A program made the translations under genes and the position numbers. 64,000 nt of DNA. Origin: Macrostomum hystrix. Lineage: Eukaryota; Animalia; Platyhelminthes. Positions 1 through 11,800 of the stretch are shown one piece after another (the stretch's first letter is position 1; each line of letters starts with the position of its first letter). The notes under the pieces were generated by a model. That model did not search any database. It was given only the letters and a program-made list of their open reading frames with translations, and had not been told where the DNA came from. Location of the stretch: the NCBI GenBank assembly GCA_950097015.1, contig CATNEN010000001.1:124001-188000 (forward strand), given 5' to 3'.

Positions 1-2235
1 GAGGTACACAGAGGGGATGAGACTGAGGTACACAGAGGGGATGAGAGTGAGGTACACAGAGGGGATGAGAGTGAGGTACACAGAGGGGATGAGAGTGAGG
101 TACACAGAGGGGATGAGAGTGAGGTACACAGAGGGGATGAGAGTGAGGTACACAGAGGGGATGAGAGTGAGGAACTGAGAGGGATGAGAGTGAGGAACTG
201 AGAGGGATGAGAGTGAGGAACTGAGAGGGATGAGAGTGAGGAACTGAGAAGGATGAGAGTGAGGAACTGAGAGGGATTAGAGTGAGGAACTGAGAGGGAT
301 GAGAGTGAGGAACTGAGAGGGATGAGAGTGAGGAACTGAGAGGGATGAGAGTGAGGAACTGAGAGGGATGAGATTGAGGAACTTAGAAGGATGAGAGTGA
401 GGAACTGAGAGGGATGAGAGTGAGGAACTGAGAGGGATGAGAGTGAGGAACTGAGAGGGATGAGAGTGAGGAACTGAGAGGGATTAGAGTGAGGAACAGA
501 GAGGGATGAGAGTGAGGAACTGAGAGGGATGAGAGTGAGGAACTGAGAGGGATGAGAGTGAGGAACTGAGAGGGATTAGAGTGAGGAACTGAGAGGGATG
601 AGAGTGAGGAACTGAGAGGGATGAGAGTGAGGAACTGAGAGGGATGAGAGTGAGGAACTGAGAGGGATGAGAGTGAGGAACTGAGAGGGATGAGAGTGAG
701 GTACACAGAGGGGATGAGAGTGAGGAACTGAGAGGGATGAGAGTGAGGTACACAGAGGGGATGAGAGTGAGGAACTGAGAGGGATGAGAGTGAGGAACTG
801 AGAGGGATGAGAGTGAGGAACTGAGAGGGATGAGAGTGAGGAACTGAGAGGGATTAGAGTGAGGTACTGAGAGGGATTAGAGTGAGGAACTGAGAGGGAT
901 GAGAGTGAGGAACTGAGAGGGATGAGAGTGAGGAACTGAGAAGGATGAGAGTGAGGAACTGAGAGGGATTAGAGTGAGGAACTGAGAGGGATTAGAGTGA
1001 GGAACAGAGAGGGATGAGAGTGAGGAACTGAGAGGGATAAGATTGAGGAACTGAGAGGGATGAGAGTGAGGAACTGAGAGGGATGAGAGTGAGGTACACA
1101 GAGGGGATGAGAGTGAGGAACTGAGAGGGATGAGAGTGAGGAACTGAGAGGGATTAGAGTGAGGAACAGAGAGGGATTAGAGTGAGGAACAGAGAGGGAT
1201 GAGAGTGAGGAACAGAGAGGGATGAGATTGAGGAACAGAGAGGGATTAGAGTGAGGTACACAGAGGGGATGAGAGTGAGGTACACAGAGGGGATAAGAGT
1301 GAGGTACACAGAGGGGATGAGAGTGAGGTACACAGAGGAGATGAGAGTGAGGTACACAGAGGGGATGAGAGTGAGGTACACAGAGGGGATGAGAGTGAGG
1401 TACACAGAGGGGATGAGAGTGAGGTACACAGAGGGGATGAGAGTGAGGTACACAGAGGGAATGAGAGTGAGGTACACAGAGGGGATGAGAGTGAGGTACA
1501 CAGAGGGGATGAGAGTGAGGAACTGAGAGGGATTAGAGTGAGGAACTGAGAGGGATTAGAGTGAGGAACTGAGAGGGATGAGAGTGAGGAACTGAGAGGG
1601 ATGAGAGTGAGGAACTGAGAGGGATGAGATTGAGGAACTGAGAGGGATGAGAGTGAGGAACAGAGAGGGATGAGAGTGAGGAACTGAGAGGGATTAGAGT
1701 GAGGAACAGAGAGGGATGAGAGTGAGGAACTGAGAGGGATGAGAGTGAGGAACTGAGAGGGATTAGAGTGAGGAACTGAGAGGGATGAGAGTGAGGAACT
1801 GAGAGGGATTAGAGTGAGGAACTGAGAGGGATTAGAGTGAGGAACTGAGAGGGATTAGAGTGAGGAACTGAGAGGGATTAGAGTGAGGAACTGAGAGGGA
1901 TGAGAGTGAGGAACTGAGAGGGATGAGAGTGAGGAACTGAGAGGGATGAGAGTGAGGAACTGAGAGGGATGAGAGTGAGGAACTGAGAGGGATGAGAGTG
2001 AGGAACTGAGAGGGATTAGAGTGAGGAACTGAGAGGGATGAGAGTGAGGAACTGAGAGGGATGAGAGTGAGGAACTGAGAGGGATGAGAGTGAGGAACTG
2101 AGAGGGATGAGAGTGAGGAACTGAGAGGGATGAGAGTGAGGAACTGAGAGGGATTAGAGTGAGGAACTGAGAGGGATGAGAGTGAGGAACTGAGAGGGAT
2201 GAGAGTGAGGAACAGAGAGGACATTGGAGTGAGGA
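1..2235. repeat. Purine-rich minisatellite with mixed 23-bp (GAGAGTGAGGAACTGAGAGGGAT) and 24-bp (GAGAGTGAGGTACACAGAGGGGAT) units; truncated by the window start
   Basis: Tandem periodicity read directly from the sequence; the two unit variants occur in blocks. Confidence 0.97.
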
Positions 2236-2864
2236 ACAGAGAGGGTGATGTGAGGTGGAGAAGTGGGACTTGAGGAACAGGGTTAAGACTTTAGCAAATT
2301 TTCAAGATTAGATATTTGATTTCTAATATTAGCTATTTCATTATTCTACTATTATTTATTTTATATATTATTAGCTGTTGCTATTGCAAAATTATTTAAC
2401 GAAAAATACATTACTTGTGCACTTAGCAATACGGTGTCAGGCAATAATTGTACCTGAAAATTATTTACTAAAAACTGCACCAATTTAGGATCTCAATGTT
2501 ATATTCTAATTTACCATTAAACTCAATAAAAGGTTGATCAGCACAGGCTGGATAGAGGAATAAGGATCCAGAATAAGGAGATAGGAAGAATGCAGAATGG
2601 GAAGAGAGGAACGGAAGGAGGAAGTGTGGGAGATTCAATAGCGGGATTAAGAAGGTGATAAGCGGTACACGCATGAATGTGCTCATATTTTTAATGTCTT
2701 GTAATTTCAAAACATTTTCATTAATTGCCTTTTTTAATTAACGGCACGTGCAGCAGCATTTCAAGTACACGAATAAGAAATTTATTGTTTCCAACGTTCT
2801 TTTTCTTCAGCCTAAAAAGTCTTCTGAGAAAAATTTCACGGACTAGGAAGAGAAGCAAGGGTTC

Positions 2865-5800
2865 ATGGACACCAATGCTAGCGTCCGTGGACCGGAAGAT
2901 GCCGGATCAGAGGACCGGGAACTCGAGGATGCAGAATCGCCGGTCTCTTCGTGGGAAGACAGTGGATCAATGAGTCAGAGAAGTGAGTCGGACTCAACTT
3001 TCTCTCTGCTGAGCGTTGAAAACTTCTTAATGAACCAAGAGCCTTGGTTGCTAGTTTTCTTCTGGAACATCAAGTATGGAGGTGTTGAAAATAGTCTGCG
3101 CAATGACCTTCTTCGAGCCATAGACAGCAGCGACTCTGAGGAGCTGAGCAGAATATCAGACAGAATCAGAAGAGGACTTCAAGACGATGAGGATGCAGAA
3201 GTGAAAGTGCTGCTGCTTTATGTCAGCCGCCAAGCCAGACCTGGAACTGCTGCAGTTCTTGACTGAAAGACACGCCGACTCATGCCTGCAGGTGCGAAGT
3301 TCATCAGCGAACAACATGCTGCACTTTGTGTGCGGATGCGACAACTCAGATTCAGCAACTGCAGCCTTGGAGCTGATCTACAACAAAGTGGGCAAACAGC
3401 TGGTCAAGGAGGTCAACAACTCGAAGCAGCTGCCTGTACACATCGCAGCTGAAAACAGCAAGAATCCTGCAGTGTTTCTCTGGCTCATTTCCACCGTCGA
3501 GGACAAGAATCTGTTTTTCGTTCAAGACGACAGCGGCTACAGTGCTGTTAGCATAGCATTTTATAAGCAGAATTTGGACACACTCAAACAAGTGACTGAG
3601 AAGCTTGGTCTGGCGGAGTGCCTGGCGGCAAAAACTGCCAAAAATGTAAATATTTGCAAAAGAGCCGCATTCAATACAGCCAATCCTGCAGTGTTTCTCT
3701 GGCTCATTTCCACCGTCGAGGACAAGAAACTGTTTTTCGTTCATGACGATTATGGCCAAACTGCTGTTAGCCTCGCATTTGAGAAGCAGAATTTGGACAC
3801 TCTCAAACAAGTGACTGAGAAGCTTGGTCTGGCGGAGTGCCTGGCGGCAAAAACTGCCAAAAATCAAAATATTTGCCTTCGAGCCGCATTCAATACAGCC
3901 AATCCTGCAGTGTTTCTCTGGCTCATTTCCACCGTCGAGGACAAGAAACTGTTTTTCGTTCATGACGATTATGGCCAAACTGCTGTTAGCCTCGCATTTG
4001 AGAAGCAGAATTTGGACACTCTCAAACAAGTGACTGAGAAGCTTGGTCTGGCGGAGTGCCTGGCGGCAAAAACTGCCAAAAATCAAAATATTTGCCTTCG
4101 AGCCGCATTCAATACAGCCAATCCTGCAGTGTTTCTCTGGCTCATTTCCACCGTCGAGGACAAGAATCTGTTTTTCGTTCAAGACGATGACGGCTACAGT
4201 GCTGTTTTCGTAGCCTTTGATCAGCTGAACTTGGACACACTCAAACAAGTGACTGAGAAGCTTGGTCTGGCGGAGTGCCTGGCGGCAAAAACTGCCAAAA
4301 ATGTAAATATTTGCAAAAGAGCCGCATTCAATACAGCCAATCCTGCAGTGTTTCTCTGGCTCATTTCCACCGTCGAGGATAAAAATCTGTTTTTCGTTCA
4401 TGACGATTATGGCCAAACTGCTGTTAGCCTCGCATTTGAGAAGCAGAATTTGGACACTCTCAAACAAGTGACTGAGAAGCTTGGTCTGGCGGAGTGCCTG
4501 GCGGCAAAAACTGCCAAAAATGAAAATATTTGCAAAAGAGCCGCATTAAATACAGCCAATCCTGCAGTGTTTCTCTGGCTCATTTCCACCGTCGAGGACA
4601 AGAATCTGTTTTTCGTTCAAGACGATGACGGCTACAGTGCTGTTTTCGTAGCCTTTGATCAGCTGAACTTGGACACACTCAAACAAGTGACTGAGAAGCT
4701 TGGTCTGGCGGAGTGCCTGGCGGCAAAAACTGCCAAAAATGTAAATATTTGCAAAAGAGCCGCATTCAATACAGCCAATCCTGCAGTGTTTCTCTGGCTC
4801 ATTTCCACCGTCGAGGACAAGAAACTGTTTTTCGTTCATGACGATTATGGCCAAACTGCTGTTAGCCTCGCATTTGAGAAGCAGAATTTGGACACTCTCA
4901 AACAAGTGACTGAGAAGCTTGGTCTGGCGGAGTGCCTGGCGGCAAAAACTGCCAAAAATGAAAATATTTGCAAAAGAGCCGCATTAAATACAGCCAATCC
5001 TGCAGTGTTTCTCTGGCTCATTTCCACCGTCGAGGACAAGAATCTGTTTTTCGTTCAAGACGATGACGGCTACAGTGCTGTTTTCGTAGCCTTTGATCAG
5101 CTGAACTTGGACACACTCAAACAAGTGACTGAGAAGCTTGGTCTGGCGGAGTGCCTGGCGGCAAAAACTGCCAAAAATGTAAATATTTGCAAAAGAGCCG
5201 CATTCAATACAGCCAATCCTGCAGTGTTTCTCTGGCTCATTTCCACCGTCGAGGACAAGAAACTGTTTTTCGTTCATGACGATTATGGCCAAACTGCTGT
5301 TAGCCTCGCATTTGAGAAGCAGAATTTGGACACTCTCAAACAAGTGACTGAGAAGCTTGGTCTGGCGGAGTGCCTGGCGGCAAAAAACTGCCAAAAATCA
5401 AAATATTTGCCTTCGAGCCGCATTCAATACAGCCAATCCTGCAGTGTTTCTCTGGCTCATTTCCACCGTCGAGGATAAAAATCTGTTTTTCGTTCAAGAC
5501 GACGACGGCTACAGTGCTGTTAGCATAGCATTTTATCAGCTGAACTTGGACACACTCAAAAAAGTGACTGAGAAGCTTGGTCTGGCGGAGTGCCTGGCGG
5601 CAAAAACTGCCAAAAATCAAAATATTTGCCTTCGAGCCGCATTCAATACAGCCAATCCTGCAGTGTTTCTCTGGCTCATTTCCACCGTCGAGGACAAGAA
5701 TCTGTTTTTCGTTCAAGACGATGACGGCTACAGTGCTGTTTTCGTAGCCTTTGATCAGCTGAACTTGGACACACTCAAACAAGTGACTGAGAAGCTTGGT

Positions 5801-8800
5801 CTGGCGGAGTGCCTGGCGGCAAAAACTGCCAAAAATGTAAATATTTGCAAAAGAGCCGCATTCAATACAGCCAATCCTGCAGTGTTTCTCTGGCTCATTT
5901 CCACCGTCGAGGATAAAAATCTGTTTTTCGTTCATGACGATTATGGCCAAACTGCTGTTAGCCTCGCATTTGAGAAGCAGAATTTGGACACTCTCAAACA
6001 AGTGACTGAGAAGCTTGGTCTGGCGGAGTGCCTGGCGGCAAAAACTGCCAAAAATGAAAATATTTGCAAAAGAGCCGCATTAAATACAGCCAATCCTGCA
6101 GTGTTTCTCTGGCTCATTTCCACCGTCGAGGACAAGAATCTGTTTTTCGTTCAAGACGATGACGGCTACAGTGCTGTTTTCGTAGCCTTTGATCAGCTGA
6201 ACTTGGACACACTCAAACAAGTGACTGAGAAGCTTGGTCTGGCGGAGTGCCTGGCGGCAAAAACTGCCAAAAATGTAAATATTTGCAAAAGAGCCGCATT
6301 CAATACAGCCAATCCTGCAGTGTTTCTCTGGCTCATTTCCACCGTCGAGGACAAGAAACTGTTTTTCGTTCATGACGATTATGGCCAAACTGCTGTTAGC
6401 CTCGCATTTGAGAAGCAGAATTTGGACACTCTCAAACAAGTGACTGAGAAGCTTGGTCTGGCGGAGTGCCTGGCGGCAAAAACTGCCAAAAATGAAAATA
6501 TTTGCAAAAGAGCCGCATTAAATACAGCCAATCCTGCAGTGTTTCTCTGGCTCATTTCCACCGTCGAGGACAAGAAACTGTTTTTCGTTCATGACGATTA
6601 TGGCCAAACTGCTGTTAGCCTCGCATTTGAGAAGCAGAATTTGGACACTCTCAAACAAGTGACTGAGAAGCTTGGTCTGGCGGAGTGCCTGGCGGCAAAA
6701 ACTGCCAAAAATCAAAATATTTGCCTTCGAGCCGCATTCAATACAGCCAATCCTGCAGTGTTTCTCTGGCTCATTTCCACCGTCGAGGATAAAAATCTGT
6801 TTTTCGTTCAAGACGACGACGGCTACAGTGCTGTTAGCATAGCATTTTATCAGCTGAACTTGGACACACTCAAAAAAGTGACTGAGAAGCTTGGTCTGGC
6901 GGAGTGCCTGGCGGCAAAAACTGCCAAAAATCAAAATATTTGCCTTCGAGCCGCATTCAATACAGCCAATCCTGCAGTGTTTCTCTGGCTCATTTCCACC
7001 GTCGAGGATAAAAATCTGTTTTTCGTTCAAGACAACGACGGCTACAGTGCTGTTAGCATAGCATTTTATCAGCTGAACTTGGACACACTCAAAAAAGTGA
7101 CTGAGAAGCTTGGTCTGGCGGAGTGCCTGGCGGCAAAAACTGCCAAAAATGTAAATATTTGCAAAAGAGCCGCATTCAATACAGCCAATCCTGCAGTGTT
7201 TCTCTGGCTCATTTCCACCGTCGAGGACAAGAAACTGTTTTTCGTTCATGACGATTATGGCCAAACTGCTGTTAGCCTCGCATTTGAGAAGCAGAATTTG
7301 GACACTCTCAAACAAGTGACTGAGAAGCTTGGTCTGGCGGAGTGCCTGGCGGCAAAAACTGCCAAAAATCAAAATATTTGCCTTCGAGCCGCATTCAATA
7401 CAGCCAATCCTGCAGTGTTTCTCTGGCTCATTTCCACCGTCGAGGATAAAAATCTGTTTTTCGTTCAAGACGACGACGGCTACAGTGCTGTTAGCATAGC
7501 ATTTTATCAGCTGAACTTGGACACACTCAAAAAAGTGACTGAGAAGCTTGGTCTGGCGGAGTGCCTGGCGGCAAAAACTGCCAAAAATCAAAATATTTGC
7601 CTTCGAGCCGCATTCAATACAGCCAATCCTGCAGTGTTTCTCTGGCTCATTTCCACCGTCGAGGATAAAAATCTGTTTTTCGTTCAAGACGACGACGGCT
7701 ACAGTGCTGTTAGCATAGCATTTTATCAGCTGAACTTGGACACACTCAAAAAAGTGACTGAGAAGCTTGGTCTGGCGGAGTGCCTGGCGGCAAAAACTGC
7801 CAAAAATGAAAATATTTGCCTTCGAGCCGCATTAAATACAGCCAATCCTGCAGTGTTTCTCTGGCTCATTTCCACCGTCGAGGACAAGAATCTGTTTTTC
7901 GTTCAAGATAATGAAGGCTACAGTGCTGTAACCACTGCATTTCTTAAGCAGAATTTGGACACACTCAAACAAGTGACTGAGAAGCTTGGTCTGGCGGAGT
8001 GCCTGGCGGCAAAAACTGCCAAAAATCAAAATATTTGCCTTCGAGCCGCATTCAATACAGCCAATCCTGCAGTGTTTCTCTGGCTCATTTCCACCGTCGA
8101 GGACAAGAATCTGTTTTTCGTTCAAGACGATGACGGCTACAGTGCTGTTTTCGTAGCCTTTGATCAGCTGAACTTGGACACACTCAAACAAGTGACTGAG
8201 AATCTTGGTCTGGCGGAGTGCCTGGCGGCAAAAACTGCCAAAAATGAAAATATTTGCAAAAGAGCCGCATTAAATACAGCCAATCCTGCAGTGTTTCTCT
8301 GGCTCATTTCCACCGTCGAGGACAAGAATCTGTTTTTCGTTCAAGATAATGAAGGCTACAGTGCTGTAACCACTGCATTTTATAAGCAGAACTTGGACAC
8401 TCTCAAACAAGTGACTGAGAAGCTTGGTCTGGCGGAGTGCCTGGCGGCAAAAACTGCCAAAAATGTAAATATTTGCAAAAGAGCCGCATTCAATACAGCC
8501 AATCCTGCAGTGTTTCTCTGGCTCATTTCCACCGTTGAGGACAAGAAACTGTTTTTCGTTCATGACGATTATGGCCAAACTGCTGTTAGCCTCGCATTTG
8601 AGAAGCAGAATTTGGACACTCTCAAACAAGTGACTGAGAAGCTTGGTCTGGCGGAGTGCCTGGCGGCAAAAACTGCCAAAAATCAAAATATTTGCCTTCG
8701 AGCCGCATTCAATACAGCCAATCCTGCAGTGTTTCTCTGGCTCATTTCCACCGTCGAGGACAAGAAACTGTTTTTCGTTCATGACGATTATGGCCAAACT

Positions 8801-11800
8801 GCTGTTAGCCTCGCATTTGAGAAGCAGAATTTGGACACTCTCAAACAAGTGACTGAGAAGCTTGGTCTGGCGGAGTGCCTGGCGGCAAAAACTGCCAAAA
8901 ATCAAAATATTTGCCTTCGAGCCGCATTCAATACAGCCAATCCTGCAGTGTTTCTCTGGCTCATTTCCACCGTCGAGGACAAGAATCTGTTTTTCGTTCA
9001 AGACGATGACGGCTACAGTGCTGTTTTCGTAGCCTTTGATCAGCTGAACTTGGACACACTCAAACAAGTGACTGAGAAGCTTGGTCTGGCGGAGTGCCTG
9101 GCGGCAAAAACTGCCAAAAATGTAAATATTTGCAAAAGAGCCGCATTCAATACAGCCAATCCTGCAGTGTTTCTCTGGCTCATTTCCACCGTCGAGGACA
9201 AGAAACTGTTTTTCGTTCATGACGATTATGGCCAAACTGCTGTTAGCCTCGCATTTGAGAAGCAGAATTTGGACACTCTCAAACAAGTGACTGAGAAGCT
9301 TGGTCTGGCGGAGTGCCTGGCGGCAAAAACTGCCAAAAATCAAAATATTTGCCTTCGAGCCGCATTCAATACAGCCAATCCTGCAGTGTTTCTCTGGCTC
9401 ATTTCCACCGTCGAGGAAAAAAATCTGTTTTTCGTTCAAGACGACGACGGCTACAGTGCTGTTAGCATAGCATTTTATCAGCTGAACTTGGACACACTCA
9501 AACAAGTGACTGAGAAGCTTGGTCTGGCGGAGTGCCTGGCGGCAAAAACTGCCAAAAATCAAAATATTTGCCTTCTAGCCGCATTAAATGCAGCCAATCC
9601 TGCAGTGTTTCTCTGGCTCATTTCCACCGTCGAGGACAAGAATCTGTTTTTCGTTCAAGATAATGAAGGCTACAGTGCTGTAAACACTGCATTTCTTAAG
9701 CAGAATTTAGACACACTCAAACAAGTGACTGAGAAGCTTGGTCTGGCGGAGTGCCTGTCGGCAAAAACTGCCAAAAATCAAAATATTTGCCTTCGAGCCG
9801 CATTCAATACAGCCAATCCTGCAGTGTTTCTCTGGCTCATTTCCACCGTCGAGGATAAAAATCTGTTTTTCGTTCAAGACGACGACGGCTACAGTGCTGT
9901 TAGCATAGCATTTTTTAATCAGAACTTGGACACACTCAAACAAGTGACTGAGAAGCTTGGTCTGGCGGAGTGCCTGGCGGCAAAAACTGCCAAAAATCAA
10001 AATATTTGCCTTCGAGCCGCATTAAATACAGCCAATCCTGCAGTGTTTCTCTGGCTCATTTCCACCGTCGAGGATAAAAATCTGTTTTTCGTTCAAGACG
10101 ACGACGGCTACAGTGCTGTTAGCATAGCATTTTATCAGCTGAACTTGGACACACTCAAAAAAGTGACTGAGAAGCTTGGTCTGGCGGAGTGCCTGGCGGC
10201 AAAAACTGCCAAAAATCAAAATATTTGCAAAAGAGCCGCATTAAATACAGCCAATCCTGCAGTGTTTCTCTGGCTCATTTCCACCGTCGAGGACAAGAAT
10301 CTGTTTTTCGTTCAAGATAATGAAGGCTACAGTGCTGTTAGCATAGCATTTTATCAGCTGAACTTGGACACACTCAAAAAAGTGACTGAGAAGCTTGGTC
10401 TGGCGGAGTGCCTGGCGGCAAAAACTGCCAAAAATCAAAATATTTGCCTTCGAGCCGCATTAAATACAGCCAATCCTGCAGTGTTTCTCTGGCTCATTTC
10501 CACCGTCGAGGATAAAAATCTGTTTTTCGTTCAAGACGACGACGGCTACAGTGCTGTTAGCATAGCATTTTATCAGCTGAACTTGGACACACTCAAAAAA
10601 GTGACTGAGAAGCTTGGTCTGGCGGAGTGCCTGGCGGCAAAAACTGCCAAAAATCAAAATATTTGCAAAAGAGCCGCATTAAATACAGCCAATCCTGCAG
10701 TGTTTCTCTGGCTCATTTCCACCGTCGAGGACAAGAATCTGTTTTTCGTTCAAGATAATGAAGGCTACAGTGCTGTAACCACTGCATTTCTTAAGCAGAA
10801 TTTGGACACACTCAAACAAGTGACTGAGAAGCTTGGTCTGGCGGAGTGCCTGGCGGCAAAAACTGCCAAAAATCAAAATATTTGCCTTCGAGCCGCATTC
10901 AATACAGCCAATCCTGCAGTGTTTCTCTGGCTCATTTCCACCGTCGAGGACAAGAAACTGTTTTTCGTTCATGACGATTATGGCCAAACTGCTGTTAGCC
11001 TCGCATTTGAGAAGCAGAATTTGGACACTCTCAAACAAGTGACTGAGAAGCTTGGTCTGGCGGAGTGCCTGGCGGCAAAAACTGCCAAAAATCAAAATAT
11101 TTGCCTTCGAGCCGCATTCAATACAGCCAATCCTGCAGTGTTTCTCTGGCTCATTTCCACCGTCGAGGACAAGAAACTGTTTTTCGTTCATGACGATTAT
11201 GGCCAAACTGCTGTTAGCCTCGCATTTGAGAAGCAGAATTTGGACACTCTCAAACAAGTGACTGAGAAGCTTGGTCTGGCGGAGTGCCTGGCGGCAAAAA
11301 CTGCCAAAAATCAAAATATTTGCTTTCGAGCCGCATTCAATTCAGCCAATCCTGCAGTGTTTCTCTGGCTCATTTCCACCGTCGAGGACAAGAAACTGTT
11401 TTTCGTTCATGACGATTATGGCCAAACTGCTGTTAGCCTCGCATTTGAGAAGCAGAATTTGGACACACTCAAACAAGTGACTGAGAAGCTTGGTCTGGCG
11501 GAGTGCCTGGCGGCAAAAACTGCCAAAAATGAAAATATTTGCCTTCGAGCCGCATTCAATACAGCCAATCCTGCAGTGTTTCTCTGGCTCATTTCCATCG
11601 TCGAGGACAAGAATCTGTTTTTCTGTCACGATGATGACGGCTACAGTGCTGTTAGCACTGCATTTTTTAAGCAGAACTTGGACACACTCAAACAAGTGAC
11701 TGCGAAGCTTGGTCTGGCGGAGTGCCTGGCGGCAAAAACTGCCAAAAATCAAAATATTTGCCTTCGAGCCGCAATAAATGCAGCCAATCCTGCAGTGTTT

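Noticed and set aside
383-2224. Repetitive ORFs on both strands (e.g. MRVRYTEG repeats)
   Set aside because: Translations of a 23/24-bp minisatellite; no protein-like features
3463-11785. CRISPR-like constant/variable alternation
   Set aside because: The variable parts are homologous coding cassettes, not unique spacers; eukaryotic context and no cas genes
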